A stretch of DNA of 64,000 bases, taken from a virus. Its lineage: Duplodnaviria; Caudoviricetes. A program made the translations under genes and the position numbers. The DNA is taken from the IMG/VR virus record IMGVR_UViG_3300033069_001378, positions 1 through 64,000 of that record; one strand, 5' to 3'. The notes beneath the pieces are model-generated. The model worked only from the letters and a program-made list of their open reading frames with translations. It was not told the origin of the DNA and did not search any database. Numbering within the stretch: position 1 is the first letter of the stretch; every line of letters begins with the position of its first letter. Shown piece after piece: positions 8,992-18,833 of this stretch.

Positions 8992-9852
8992 TCACTCAAT
9001 CCGAATGATCTTGCTTACCCTTGGAACTCCGTATTGAGCATAGCCTGTGAGGCAGGTAAGGTTTGGATTTGCTTTATGCAATGCCTCTCCGTGAGAATGA
9101 CCGCAAAGGGTTGTGATCTCTACCTGTGGATTCTCTACAGCAAGACGAAGAAGAGCCTCGCCCATGAAGCCAGAAGAGAAATGAGGCATCCAGTCATTAT
9201 CGGATATCTTGCCGTTATACACAGCATTCTCCCTAAATGGAGGAACATGCGTAGCTATGACAAGCTTTTTGAACCCATCGTCGATTGCTTGGTTTGCTGC
9301 CTTGAACACGAAGTCGGAAGCTTCCTTTGAATACTGCTGAATCGCAGCAAACAACTCGTTGTGATAGAGCGGAGTAAACTCCGAAATGATGTGATAGTCA
9401 TTCATGTTGACCTTGCTCTTATGCCAGTCTGCATAGACTCCATCATACCAACCATCATGACCAAGGATTGCAACCGTGTCACTTACAGGAACATACTGCT
9501 TCTGATCTTCGGGCATGACAGTAAGATACGTAAGCTTCTTCTTTAGGTTAGCCGAGTATTTCAGAAATACGTTCTCTCTCGTTGTCTTGATGGAACCGTT
9601 ATAGAAATCATGGTTGCCACAAACAAAGTATACAGGACGGCAAATGTAGTCTTCAAGGATCTGTAGTTGGTCCAATAGAATTGGAGCTTCCGAAATGTCT
9701 CCGGTGAGAACAAAGAAGTCAACGTCTGCATCATCTGCAACAGACTTGCAATGAAGGAAGAAGTTCGACCAAGCGTCTTTCCCTCTTAGAAAGTTGAAGT
9801 GTGTATCGGTAAGATGACCGATTGTGATTGGCTTATGTGTTGTTGTTGTCAT
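8992..9852 (-). CDS. calcineurin-like metallophosphoesterase
   Basis: DTH, GDIS, GNHD, THVPP, GHSH motifs. Confidence 0.9.
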   Translation of the reverse strand: MTTTTHKPITIGHLTDTHFNFLRGKDAWSNFFLHCKSVADDADVDFFVLTGDISEAPILLDQLQILEDYICRPVYFVCGNHDFYNGSIKTTRENVFLKYSANLKKKLTYLTVMPEDQKQYVPVSDTVAILGHDGWYDGVYADWHKSKVNMNDYHIISEFTPLYHNELFAAIQQYSKEASDFVFKAANQAIDDGFKKLVIATHVPPFRENAVYNGKISDNDWMPHFSSGFMGEALLRLAVENPQVEITTLCGHSHGEALHKANPNLTCLTGYAQYGVPRVSKIIRIE

Positions 9853-10141
9853 TGTATTTTTCTTCTTCTTCTATGCCAAATAGAATCATTGTTATTTCTT
9901 TGTAGACCAGATCGGAGTTACAGTCGTTTACTGGTGCTGTTTGGAATCTTGCGTATTGTTTATCAAAGTATGGACTGACCATTCGGTAATCAACAAGGAA
10001 CAGATCAGGTTTGTCAGCCAAGAGAAATGAATATGCGTCGGAACCAAAAACAGAAATATGAGGGTCGTATGCCTCAAATCTTGTTATGTATGTCTGTCGA
10101 ATGGTCATGGTGGTAGATAGACTAATAGTTGTGATTGTCAT
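9833..10141 (-). CDS. hypothetical protein
   Basis: tiling ORF. Confidence 0.55.
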   Translation of the reverse strand: MTITTISLSTTMTIRQTYITRFEAYDPHISVFGSDAYSFLLADKPDLFLVDYRMVSPYFDKQYARFQTAPVNDCNSDLVYKEITMILFGIEEEEKYNDNNNT

Positions 10142-10153
10142 ATTGCTATCTTT

Positions 10154-10303
10154 TCAGGATTCTTGTGTGTACTTGAGTACCCAGGTAAGTGCATCTCCAC
10201 GTCGTCTAGCTGGACCTCCGAAGCCATACATCTCTGGATCGATCTCTGCTTCAAGAGCTTCAATAATTGCCTTGCGAACTTCCTTTGGGATCTTGATTTT
10301 CAT
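10154..10303 (-). CDS. small hypothetical protein (49 aa)
   Basis: MKIKIPKEVRKAIIEALEAEIDPEMYGFGGPARRRGDALTWVLKYTQES*, TGATG coupling with upstream gene. Confidence 0.55.
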   Translation of the reverse strand: MKIKIPKEVRKAIIEALEAEIDPEMYGFGGPARRRGDALTWVLKYTQES

Positions 10304-10632
10304 CACCAACAATAATCCCGTCCGGTCCTGCCGGCACGTTGATTCTTATCGATCAAGTCGTAAAGTGCATCAGGAATGTTCTCCCGAGCGGCAGTATCCA
10401 TCGAGGAAGCCTTTCGCGAGGCATCCTTCCACAATCCACGCTTGCAAAGCGAGAAGACCTCTCGGAGATCCTTCGCATCGCCAACAAGCATCTTGACATA
10501 AGATTCCGTATGACGGATATCCTTTCGAGCTTCGGCAACCTCGGCATGGCGGCGAGCGATTGCCTTAATCGTCCTCTCCTGAACGGAGGCAGGAACGAAA
10601 CGATTGCCGGGATCAACGATAGGATTGCGCAT
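10303..10632 (-). CDS. hypothetical protein with MDTAARENIP motif
   Basis: AAGGAAG SD; motif shared with 38372..39172. Confidence 0.7.
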   Translation of the reverse strand: MRNPIVDPGNRFVPASVQERTIKAIARRHAEVAEARKDIRHTESYVKMLVGDAKDLREVFSLCKRGLWKDASRKASSMDTAARENIPDALYDLIDKNQRAGRTGRDYCW

Positions 10633-10661
10633 GACTATTCTTCCTTTGTTTTTTCTTATTC

Positions 10662-11033
10662 TCAGCCGCCAATTCGATTTAGCTTGCGCTCAAGAATCCT
10701 CTTCTGATCCAGAAGATCCCCGATCTTCTCGTCAAGAGTCTTGATTTCCGACTTGATCTTCTTGGCTTCAAGATTCTTCTTGCTGCCAGCGGTCGGCTTG
10801 AGAATGATCGAAATGCAGTAGGCACCACGAGCCCAACGGGCATACGGAACCGTCGAACCGTGCTGCAAAGTGTGAAGACGCTTCTTAATCGAAGCCGAAA
10901 GATTGCTGTTCAGTGCCTCTTTAAGCGTGAAAGTACGCTTAAGATTGCAACGAGTAAGCTCGTTCGCAATGTTCATGTTGGACGAGCCGGGTCCGTGGAC
11001 CTTGAAGTAGAACTTGGTAGAGGCGCTGTTCAT
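10662..11033 (-). CDS. hypothetical protein with C-terminal coiled coil
   Basis: leaderless start after promoter. Confidence 0.7.
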   Translation of the reverse strand: MNSASTKFYFKVHGPGSSNMNIANELTRCNLKRTFTLKEALNSNLSASIKKRLHTLQHGSTVPYARWARGAYCISIILKPTAGSKKNLEAKKIKSEIKTLDEKIGDLLDQKRILERKLNRIGG

Positions 11034-11040
11034 ACTCTCT

Positions 11041-11084
11041 ATTATAGCAAATATTTTCCAAATGTAAACTGAATATGGAAAATT
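11041..11084 (-). promoter_or_regulatory. early promoter with inverted repeat; leaderless
   Basis: minus strand ATTTTCCA-tattca-GTTTACA-tt-TGGAAAAT...TGcTATAAT, 7 nt, ATG11033. Confidence 0.85.
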
Positions 11085-11087
11085 ATT

Positions 11088-11705
11088 TTATCCCCTATTT
11101 CTAGGGTTTTTCCGCTGCGATTCTAGTTTTACCATGACGTACTCAAGCTTTTCTTCTGTTTCAAGCTCTGAGTCGTCCGAGCGTAAGGCAACATGTTGAA
11201 CATTTTCTGGCTTTGCAATCCTTGCCTTCAAAGCGTGTGCCTTGTTTCTTGTCTGCTCAAGACTCTTGATCCTGTTGTCAAGATCGTCTTCAATCTTTCC
11301 AATCTGCTTGTCGTAAGCAGCTTCAACAATCTTGTCGAGCTTGCTCTTGTTCAAGAACGCGGCGACTTGCTTTTGTTCGCGGTCCACGAAATCGTAAACA
11401 TGACCAGACGAATGGAAAACCTTGCAATGACTGTAGTTTTCAGCCCACGTCGCACAATAATCACTGGGGACTTCCACAACATAGTCCTGCTTGTTCTTGA
11501 CCTTGCCGCTCTTTACATACTTCTCGTACTTTGTAAGCTGAAAAAGCTTTGGTTCACCATTATCCTGTGATCCGTGCCTTTCGATAACGATTCCCATTTC
11601 AAACTCAATTTTGGTTCGAGAGTTTTCCTCAGACCAAGAAAAGTAAAATGCCGTGACAACCAAACCGACAACAATCATCCCCAAAACCAAAATAATTCCA
11701 AGCAT
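11088..11705 (-). CDS. membrane-anchored coiled-coil protein (paralogue of next gene)
   Basis: N-terminal TM; LDNRIKSLEQ..LKARIA. Confidence 0.75.
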   Translation of the reverse strand: MLGIILVLGMIVVGLVVTAFYFSWSEENSRTKIEFEMGIVIERHGSQDNGEPKLFQLTKYEKYVKSGKVKNKQDYVVEVPSDYCATWAENYSHCKVFHSSGHVYDFVDREQKQVAAFLNKSKLDKIVEAAYDKQIGKIEDDLDNRIKSLEQTRNKAHALKARIAKPENVQHVALRSDDSELETEEKLEYVMVKLESQRKNPRNRG

Positions 11706-11712
11706 AAAAAAT

Positions 11713-12321
11713 TCAACCCCTTCTTACTTTTGATTTCTTTTTGTATTCGTCATCATTGAGGCAATCAAGTTCTTGCTCCATAGTTGTTGGAGAAAACGAT
11801 TCTGCAATCCGAGACTTGATTCCAATAACGCGACCTTTCTGCTGTTCAAGTTCCTTGAACTTCTTGTCAAGTTCGGACTCGTAGAGAGAAATTGCCTTTG
11901 AGTAATGCTCGTCAATCTTGTTCTTGATATATGCCCGAGACTCTTGATTGTCGATCATTGCCCTTACTGCCATAACAAAACCAGAATCGTACTTGAACCA
12001 AAGGTCGTCGCCTGTCTCAGCATCGAAGACCTTACCAGAGTCTCCAAATCCTCTTAGGTTCTCGCAGTAATACACAACCCTTTGCTCTTTTGAGGAAAAA
12101 GGCAATAGAGACTTTTTCTTGAATGTAATCAGGCAAGAATCTATCTTCCCGTCCCTCTTACTAACGATCTCAAATTCGGCAACAGGAGTCTTCTTCAAGT
12201 CCTTGGTGGACCAAATGAACGTATCCTTAAATCTACTTCGTTTATAGAAGAAATCATTGAATATCAGATATCCAAGAAATCCAAACCAAGCTACTCCGAG
12301 AATAAATACTATGATATTCAT
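11713..12321 (-). CDS. membrane-anchored coiled-coil protein
   Basis: N-terminal TM; LDKKFKELEQ..IKSRIA. Confidence 0.75.
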   Translation of the reverse strand: MNIIVFILGVAWFGFLGYLIFNDFFYKRSRFKDTFIWSTKDLKKTPVAEFEIVSKRDGKIDSCLITFKKKSLLPFSSKEQRVVYYCENLRGFGDSGKVFDAETGDDLWFKYDSGFVMAVRAMIDNQESRAYIKNKIDEHYSKAISLYESELDKKFKELEQQKGRVIGIKSRIAESFSPTTMEQELDCLNDDEYKKKSKVRRG

Positions 12322-12330
12322 AGCCGATTT

Positions 12331-12771
12331 TCACCAAGTCTGCGTCTTGAGCTTGTCGAAAGCTGCAAGCTGCTTCTTGATCACGTCTGCACCAACGGCA
12401 AGACTTCCCCGCGAGGTATCTCGACGGATTGCCTCTTCCTCGTCCACTTCAAAGATTCTGTACGTAACATCATAGCCAAGGCTGTGAAGGCGCGTAACAA
12501 GCTCTCCAAGGAACTTTGCGTTGAGGTTGGTGTCTGCTACGATTAGATTCAATCCCTGCTTTGCAGCGGCATCCAGAGCAGCGCAATGGGCATTCGTGAC
12601 CTCGCCCTCACGCTTCCAATTCCACTTCTTCCAATCAAGCTGTCCACCGGCAAGCTTGGTACGCTCATCGTCTCGACAAACGATCGTCCAGTTGTCGTTG
12701 TTTGCAACAAACTCTCGTGCCCAGGTTGACTTACCAGATGCACTGATCCCGATTGTGATAATTGCTCGCAT
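12331..12771 (-). CDS. polynucleotide kinase (stand-alone PseT-like kinase domain)
   Basis: GISASGKSTWA, CRDDER, VADTNLN, AIRRDTSR. Confidence 0.85.
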   Translation of the reverse strand: MRAIITIGISASGKSTWAREFVANNDNWTIVCRDDERTKLAGGQLDWKKWNWKREGEVTNAHCAALDAAAKQGLNLIVADTNLNAKFLGELVTRLHSLGYDVTYRIFEVDEEEAIRRDTSRGSLAVGADVIKKQLAAFDKLKTQTW

Positions 12772-12822
12772 CGTTTCTTTTCTCCTGTTTCTTTTTCTTT
12801 TTCTTTTTTTATTCTACTACTG

Positions 12823-13494
12823 TTACCAACCAGCCATCGGATTCGAAAGATAAACTTGAACCTGACGACGAAGCTCGTTGGTAGGCTTACGGTTAGTGTT
12901 CCGCGATGCTCGCGCGAACCAACGCCAACCACCGCTTACTGCTTGCGTTCCCTGGTGAATCGACTGCCAATCGAAAAAGACAACCTGATTCGTAGGTGCG
13001 CTAAAGCTTTGAAGCTTTCCATTATCAAGCAATTGAACAACATCATTGTGCCAATGCTCGTAAATCACTTCACCCTCGGGAACCTTTGGGAGATCACACT
13101 CACCGATAGCAAACTGCGTAGGACAAATATCTCCGTTCACAAGACACAAAGCGTGTTGCGAAAGATACTCAGGATGATCGTAATCCGGCTGGCTTGTAGG
13201 CGTAGCACGAGGAACGTCGTCGTGGTGGAAGCCAGGAATGCAAGGAAACCAGCCTTCCATCAACATATGGACGCGAGTGTCCAGAATGAAATCGGAAGCA
13301 TTCTTCCAGTCATCAGGAAGAGCATCAATGAATGCCTTGGTGATAGGACCACCAAGCTCCAGAGAGCTTTTCAGATCACACGAAAACAACATAGGCTCAT
13401 TCTTAACAAGAGACTCAGGGAAACTTCCCGAAAGCTTCTTGCCAAGCTGAACCTGACTGTTGAAGTGGTAATGACTGTCGGAAGCGTTGGTCAT
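12823..13494 (-). CDS. putative 2OG-Fe(II) dioxygenase
   Basis: PGFHHDD (HxD), distal SIHQG, RWFAR; start ATG13494 after promoter. Confidence 0.65.
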   Translation of the reverse strand: MTNASDSHYHFNSQVQLGKKLSGSFPESLVKNEPMLFSCDLKSSLELGGPITKAFIDALPDDWKNASDFILDTRVHMLMEGWFPCIPGFHHDDVPRATPTSQPDYDHPEYLSQHALCLVNGDICPTQFAIGECDLPKVPEGEVIYEHWHNDVVQLLDNGKLQSFSAPTNQVVFFDWQSIHQGTQAVSGGWRWFARASRNTNRKPTNELRRQVQVYLSNPMAGW

Positions 13495-13500
13495 TCTCTT

Positions 13501-13530
13501 ACAATAGCAGAGAATATCCAAAATGTAAAC
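13501..13530 (-). promoter_or_regulatory. early promoter; leaderless
   Basis: GTTTACA-17-TATTGT (TGc extension), 6 nt, ATG13494. Confidence 0.8.
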
Positions 13531-13574
13531 CACTACACTTTTTATTTCATTTTGTTCGGAAAAATAGACCGATT

Positions 13575-13886
13575 CTATGCTCCGCGTTTGAACACGGACC
13601 AGTCTTTGTTTTCGATTGCCTTTGCAATCCCTAGATCAAGCAGAAGCCACACAAGCTCTAATTCATCTTTTGCTTGAATAGAGCCGAGGCTTACTGACTT
13701 AACGTTGTGAATCGTATAAAGCTTTGCCAACGATTCTGGTAACTTGGCTAAATTTGGTGCGATTTCATAATCGCATTCTGCCAAAAGCAAATTACCATTC
13801 TGAATGTCTTCAAAAGGTACAATGACGGGCTGACCATTGGTAATGTCATAGCCCAAAACAGGAAGAAACTTATTGTCATTACTCAT
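13575..13886 (-). CDS. hypothetical protein
   Basis: ORF 13575..13934, likely start 13886. Confidence 0.6.
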   Translation of the reverse strand: MSNDNKFLPVLGYDITNGQPVIVPFEDIQNGNLLLAECDYEIAPNLAKLPESLAKLYTIHNVKSVSLGSIQAKDELELVWLLLDLGIAKAIENKDWSVFKRGA

Positions 13887-14145
13887 TTGGTTCTGCCTGT
13901 AGTGTCTTTTCGAAGTAAAAAGGCTCTGGTTCATTTGTTTCGGGGTTCAACACAAAGCTATATGGTCCCCATCCAAAATAATCGTTCATCTTCTGCAAAG
14001 CTTCGCCGAAAGAGAAAGCCTCAAAAGAATGCAGAACCTTTTCGCATTCCAAAAGCTTTTCCTTGGATTCACCAATGCCATCAGGAAGAAGGCAAGAGCC
14101 GGATGACGTTTTCCAGATGTTATACTTAGTGGCTACATATGTCAT
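13879..14145 (-). CDS. hypothetical protein
   Basis: ATGA coupling. Confidence 0.65.
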   Translation of the reverse strand: MTYVATKYNIWKTSSGSCLLPDGIGESKEKLLECEKVLHSFEAFSFGEALQKMNDYFGWGPYSFVLNPETNEPEPFYFEKTLQAEPNE

Positions 14146-14813
14146 AGAGTATCTTTCACTTTGTTGGGAACAATTGGCTGATTCAACCAGTGCTCGTTTG
14201 TTTGGACGTGGTTCTTTCGAACGTACTTTGCAACATTCTTGGCAAAGCTCTCGTACTGATAGCTAGCAGCGTTACGAATAACATAGCCTTCCATCGACTC
14301 ACGCTCAACAAGAATGGTGTTCCTGATAAGCTCTTCATCAAACTTGCCACGATACAGGACGGGAACGGTCTTAAGATCGAGGAGTTCGCACCACTCAACC
14401 GTCTCATCCCAGGAAAGACAAGTCGTATCATCCTTCCAGATTGAGAAAACAAGAAACAAGTCTTCAAGACTATCGTAGGCAATGCTATGCTTTGCGAAGC
14501 AATTCTCTCCACAAACACGCATGTTCAATGGAAGATCGTAAAGCTTTTCCGAGCGAAGCTTGTTGATATGGTCCCTGGAAGGGTGCTTTGCCAGATCCAA
14601 AGAACGGGCATGAAAGAAATCCCTGTAGATAGAGGTATTCTCTCCGTCCATCTTTTCGGTGATCACAACCTCGTCGAGATCGCAGAAGTGCTTAACCGAC
14701 TTGAGAATCTTGTCATCGTCGGTTGCACCCTCAGACCACGGTAAATGGAACGTGCGAGGATACTTGACCCTGCTTGCTGCCTTTACTGTTGTGCTATTGT
14801 CGGGGGTTTCCAT
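14142..14813 (-). CDS. RNA ligase (Rnl2-like nucleotidyltransferase)
   Basis: KYPRTFHLPWS, TEKMDGEN, CGEN, FSIW, EGYVIR, AKYVR. Confidence 0.88.
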   Translation of the reverse strand: METPDNSTTVKAASRVKYPRTFHLPWSEGATDDDKILKSVKHFCDLDEVVITEKMDGENTSIYRDFFHARSLDLAKHPSRDHINKLRSEKLYDLPLNMRVCGENCFAKHSIAYDSLEDLFLVFSIWKDDTTCLSWDETVEWCELLDLKTVPVLYRGKFDEELIRNTILVERESMEGYVIRNAASYQYESFAKNVAKYVRKNHVQTNEHWLNQPIVPNKVKDTL

Positions 14814-14822
14814 AATCCGATG

Positions 14823-14851
14823 ATTATATCAGATATTTTGGAAATGTAAAC
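14823..14851 (-). promoter_or_regulatory. early promoter; near-leaderless
   Basis: GTTTACA-16-TATAAT, 9 nt, ATG14813. Confidence 0.8.
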
Positions 14852-15313
14852 TCACATCGTTGTTAACGTTGGATTGCGCTTTGTTTTGTTGTCAAAAACA
14901 ATGATTGCACTTGGGAACGGTGCTGAGTTCTTGCTTCCGCCAAACTTCAATCTACCTTTAACAAAGATGATTTCTGATGCTTTCATCGCATAGTCACTGA
15001 ACCACTTTGTATCCGTTCTGCTAGGAACAAGACAGACAACATAATCAACCTCTGGTCTTTGACTCTCTTCATATGCCTTCTTCATCCATTGATTGATTGT
15101 TTTGCCGTAAGGTGGATTCATCCAACAGGATCCGCTCCATGATTGAGACAAGCCATTGTCTTCTTCTGAGAAGAACTTGTCACACTTCTTGTTAGATTCA
15201 TCGGCACAAACGTCAAGAGTGAACTTAAATCGCTTGTCCAACTTGTCAAAAAGATTCTGTGGAGTCTCCCAAACAATGTTCTCGCTGGAGTATAATGTTG
15301 AGCTAACGGTCAT
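14852..15313 (-). CDS. phage N6-adenine DNA methyltransferase
   Basis: WETPQ, FTLDVCA, WMNPPYG, LVPSRTDTKWF, KGRLKF. Confidence 0.9.
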   Translation of the reverse strand: MTVSSTLYSSENIVWETPQNLFDKLDKRFKFTLDVCADESNKKCDKFFSEEDNGLSQSWSGSCWMNPPYGKTINQWMKKAYEESQRPEVDYVVCLVPSRTDTKWFSDYAMKASEIIFVKGRLKFGGSKNSAPFPSAIIVFDNKTKRNPTLTTM

Positions 15314-15325
15314 GTTTTCTTTTTT

Positions 15326-15661
15326 TCAGTTACTATCGTCAGAAGATGATGCTGTTACTACTACTGCTTCTTCAACTGCTAGAGTAGCTTCTTCTCTTTG
15401 CTTTTGTGCTTGATCTAGGACAGCTTGCGCTTGCTTCTCAAGGTTGACAAGCATCTCATTGTATGCAGTCACGTAAGCTGCGCTTGGAAGTAGAGCACCT
15501 GTTTGGTCTACATCGAATCTCATTGCTCTTAGGTTATCGATAATGTTGACTCCAAGGAGCAGAGAAAGTTGAACCAAGTCTCTGATCATTCCAATTGACG
15601 TATCTGATAGTCGTGCTACGCTTTGTGTGGTTGTTGTTTGTTCTTGTGTTTCTTCGGACAT
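15326..15661 (-). CDS. hypothetical protein
   Basis: AGGAG SD before ATG15661 (MSEETQEQ). Confidence 0.75.
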   Translation of the reverse strand: MSEETQEQTTTTQSVARLSDTSIGMIRDLVQLSLLLGVNIIDNLRAMRFDVDQTGALLPSAAYVTAYNEMLVNLEKQAQAVLDQAQKQREEATLAVEEAVVVTASSSDDSN

Positions 15662-15711
15662 ATTTAACTCCTGTGAATGTATTCTAATAGAATAGGTAGC
15701 CAATGAATAAA

Positions 15712-16008
15712 ATGAATAAAAGCAAACCAGTCGATATTCGTCATCTAATAAGAGAAATCCTTAAGGAGCAACTAGGTGATCTAGATATCCCTACTTCTAC
15801 TCCCTCTTCTACTGTACTTAAGGTTCCACAGTTATCAGATATTGGGAACGACGAAGAGCAACAACAACAACAAGAACCTACAAGTTTTGATAATGAGCAA
15901 GACCCAACGGACGATGCAGAACAAATGTCAATCGAACAGATTGCAAGAACCATTGAAGACACAGTAGAAACAGAAGGCAATACAGAGAATGAGGAGCCAC
16001 AACAATGA
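15712..16008 (+). CDS. acidic protein with IRHLIREILKE leader motif (putative internal head protein)
   Basis: TATTTA at 15661; leader motif; acidic, Gln-rich body; start 15703 or 15712. Confidence 0.6.
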   Translation: MNKSKPVDIRHLIREILKEQLGDLDIPTSTPSSTVLKVPQLSDIGNDEEQQQQQEPTSFDNEQDPTDDAEQMSIEQIARTIEDTVETEGNTENEEPQQ

Positions 16009-16922
16009 GTGCTAACACAATTGGTGCAGACGTTAACGAAATCTTAACAGGCTTCTATCTCGTTGGAGGTAAGTGGTCTTCTTTTGGAAATGGTGCCGAA
16101 GCTAAGGCTCAACTTGTAGCAAGAAAAGCTCAACTTGCTCCAAACGAATATGTGGACCAAGAGGGCAGAGCAAAGGCAATGGCAAACTCTGTTCTAGCTT
16201 GGGCAGCTTCCAATGGATATGCTGGCAAGGTTGTCAAAGCTTGGTGGACAGCACGTCCCGGTGTTCTTTCAGCAGCCTATGGTCAGCCTGTAGATAGCAG
16301 AATGAACCCAACAGATATCTTACTTCAGTTCTCCGATGGACAATTCCTCGGTATTTCAGCCAAATCCACAAAGAGTTCTGGCGATATTGGATTCAAGAAT
16401 CCAGGCGCAGGAACCGTTTCCAAGGCACTTGGAATTGATCTCGACTCTTTGTTCAAGACAAGAACCGCTGTTGTCATCAAGAAGTTGAAGCTTCCAATTC
16501 CTATGCAGGAGAGAAAAGCTTATATCCGTTCCAAGCCAAAGGTACAACAGCAGACCGTCTTGGTTGGACAACAGATTCTTGCTTCCATGAGAGACAAGAT
16601 GTTTGAGAAGCTTTCAACAATGAAGCCAAAAGATTTGAGAGCTTACATTCTCAAGTATTGGATGGACGCAGACGTAATCGAGCCAAGATACATCAAGGTA
16701 ACTGGTAACGGAAAGAACGGAGCCTACGCTGCCTCTGTCATGGACCCTCTTAACAACGAGAAGCTTCAAGCTCTATCCAGCCCAAAGCTTACCGTCATGA
16801 AGGTTGGTGCTGACTCTGTTGGAATCATTGGTGGCAATAACAAGAAGATCATGAAGATGCGCTTCAAGTACGAATCCGAGAAGGTTGCTTCTTCCCTCAA
16901 GCTAAGCGGAGATCCTTGGTGA
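16005..16922 (+). CDS. putative PD-(D/E)XK restriction-like endonuclease
   Basis: DVNEIL...PTDILLQFSDGQFLGISAK. Confidence 0.6.
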   Translation: MSANTIGADVNEILTGFYLVGGKWSSFGNGAEAKAQLVARKAQLAPNEYVDQEGRAKAMANSVLAWAASNGYAGKVVKAWWTARPGVLSAAYGQPVDSRMNPTDILLQFSDGQFLGISAKSTKSSGDIGFKNPGAGTVSKALGIDLDSLFKTRTAVVIKKLKLPIPMQERKAYIRSKPKVQQQTVLVGQQILASMRDKMFEKLSTMKPKDLRAYILKYWMDADVIEPRYIKVTGNGKNGAYAASVMDPLNNEKLQALSSPKLTVMKVGADSVGIIGGNNKKIMKMRFKYESEKVASSLKLSGDPW

Positions 16923-16924
16923 CA

Positions 16925-17716
16925 ATGACAACAACAAATACTACAACAACAAAAGGTTTTGGCTTCTATCTTAGAAGACTTCCTCCTCATACCGTGAAGA
17001 ACGGTCAAGTCTTAATCACAAGACTCAAGGCAGCAAAAGCTACTTGGGTTTCTTTAATGGTTGAAGCCGAAGATGGCTATGTGTCTCCAAGATCAAATAT
17101 AAAAGATTATGGAGACGATCTTGTCTTGGCAGGGTTCGACGTATGGGTTTGGACATTCCCTGGCAGCCAGAGGGCAGCTAGCGTCCAGCAAAGCGAAGCT
17201 GCTGCCATCCTTGCTGTGGACTACTGCAAGATGGTCCGAGGCAAGGGAGTCATGCTTGATATAGAAAAGGCTTATCGTGGCAAGAAGGAATCTCTTAATG
17301 CCCTTGTAGATAAGACCATTTCTCTTGCAAAAAACAACAATAGCCAGCAACAATCTCTTTCTGTTGGCTTTGTCTCTTACCCATTGCCAACTCTTGCCAA
17401 AGACATTGACTGGACTTGTTTGAAGAAGTGTGACTTTGGTTCTCCAATGCTCTATGACACTTCAAAGACAAAAGAACTTGTTGACAGGTCGATGAAAGAA
17501 TACACCAAGTACAATAAGGTTTGGATTCCAAGTCTTGCAACTTATGATACACAAGCCCCAGGAACCGAAGAAGTTCAGCTTAAAGGTGACTTGGATAGAG
17601 TGTTTGAAGGTAACGGAGACAAGGGCATAAAAGCTGCTATATTCTGGTCTGAGTCAACAACTTCTGACAAAGAACGTAAAGTTATTGCCGACTATTCTGA
17701 TTTGTTGTTCATTTAG
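16925..17716 (+). CDS. putative GH25-like TIM-barrel glycoside hydrolase
   Basis: GFDVWVWTF, GVMLDIE (DxE), SPMLY, IFWS. Confidence 0.5.
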   Translation: MTTTNTTTTKGFGFYLRRLPPHTVKNGQVLITRLKAAKATWVSLMVEAEDGYVSPRSNIKDYGDDLVLAGFDVWVWTFPGSQRAASVQQSEAAAILAVDYCKMVRGKGVMLDIEKAYRGKKESLNALVDKTISLAKNNNSQQQSLSVGFVSYPLPTLAKDIDWTCLKKCDFGSPMLYDTSKTKELVDRSMKEYTKYNKVWIPSLATYDTQAPGTEEVQLKGDLDRVFEGNGDKGIKAAIFWSESTTSDKERKVIADYSDLLFI

Positions 17717-17740
17717 TAATATTTAGAAAAGATTAGTTAT

Positions 17741-18262
17741 ATGGCAATAGATTTGGATATTGATGTGGGAGACATTGTTCTAACTGGAAAGTTCAAGAAC
17801 AAGAGAACCGTTGTGAAGAAGATTGGAAGAGACAAAGAGCTTAACCAACCAACGGTTAACGATAAGAACTTGCTCAATATGCGAATCGAAAAAGATTTAC
17901 CGATAGACAAGCAGTCAAAGAAGACAAGAGAAAAGGAACCAAACACAGTGAAAAAGCTAACAACTGAAGAACTCAAGCAAATGATAAGAGAACAAATGCA
18001 TCCTAGAACGGGAAGACCAGATGAAGTTAAAATACTGCAAAAGCTTGGGTTTGAATTTGCAAAATATGGTGGAACTTCGTGGACCAAAGCTTTACCTAGA
18101 CCCTGGATGGGGGACATATGGATTGTTTTTGATCAAGAAAAAGATATGTGGAGTTTATCGGTTGGTGGTTATGAAGATTCTGTTTTAGAAATAAAAGATG
18201 TTTCTTTAAGAACTCTTTTGAGTATGTACAATAAATTAATTACTGATATCACAATTGGATGA
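17741..18262 (+). CDS. late protein with internal KLTTEELKQMIRE motif
   Basis: TATTTA at 17720; N-domain DIDVGDIVLTGKFKNKRTVVK. Confidence 0.7.
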   Translation: MAIDLDIDVGDIVLTGKFKNKRTVVKKIGRDKELNQPTVNDKNLLNMRIEKDLPIDKQSKKTREKEPNTVKKLTTEELKQMIREQMHPRTGRPDEVKILQKLGFEFAKYGGTSWTKALPRPWMGDIWIVFDQEKDMWSLSVGGYEDSVLEIKDVSLRTLLSMYNKLITDITIG

Positions 18263-18274
18263 AAGAAGCTTAAT

Positions 18275-18832
18275 ATGAAAATCACACAATCACAACTCAA
18301 GACTCTGTTAAGAGAAGCCTTGAAGCTCAAAGAGCAAGATAGCAACGGTACTGCACTTAGCAGTCCAATCACTTCAATGGAAGAATCTCCTGCGACTGCC
18401 TCCGGCATGGGTGGAGACGTATCGGAAGTTGAAGCAGAAGTTTGGGGAGGAAACTCACCAAGAGCCGATCGCATATTTGTCAACTTTGTACTTCCAAAAC
18501 ATGAGATTGACAACATGACCACAGAAGGTCTTGAGCAACTCTGCATCGAAAAGTTCTATGAAGATAATGGTTACGGAGACGATCCTTTCTGCAATTCTCT
18601 TACCGTTGACGGTGTAGACGTTCAAGACTTCAAAGATCAAATGCATCTCTATCAAGAAGAGTTGTATGAAGAAGTGACACCAGAACAAAAAGAAGCTGCT
18701 GCAAGAGAACTCATTCAAGATTACAAAAGAGCTAGAGCTGCTCGTTCAGAACGTGATATCAGAGTAATCTTTAGCAGAGCAAAGATGTATGGAATAGACC
18801 CAGGCTGGATCAAACTTAACGCAGGATACTGA
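18275..18832 (+). CDS. protein with MKITQSQLKTLLRE leader (putative internal head protein)
   Basis: shared leader motif. Confidence 0.7.
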   Translation: MKITQSQLKTLLREALKLKEQDSNGTALSSPITSMEESPATASGMGGDVSEVEAEVWGGNSPRADRIFVNFVLPKHEIDNMTTEGLEQLCIEKFYEDNGYGDDPFCNSLTVDGVDVQDFKDQMHLYQEELYEEVTPEQKEAAARELIQDYKRARAARSERDIRVIFSRAKMYGIDPGWIKLNAGY

Positions 18833-18833
18833 T

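Noticed and set aside
12856-13677. 273-aa plus-strand ORF
   Set aside because: Antisense to the oxygenase gene, which has the promoter and motifs.
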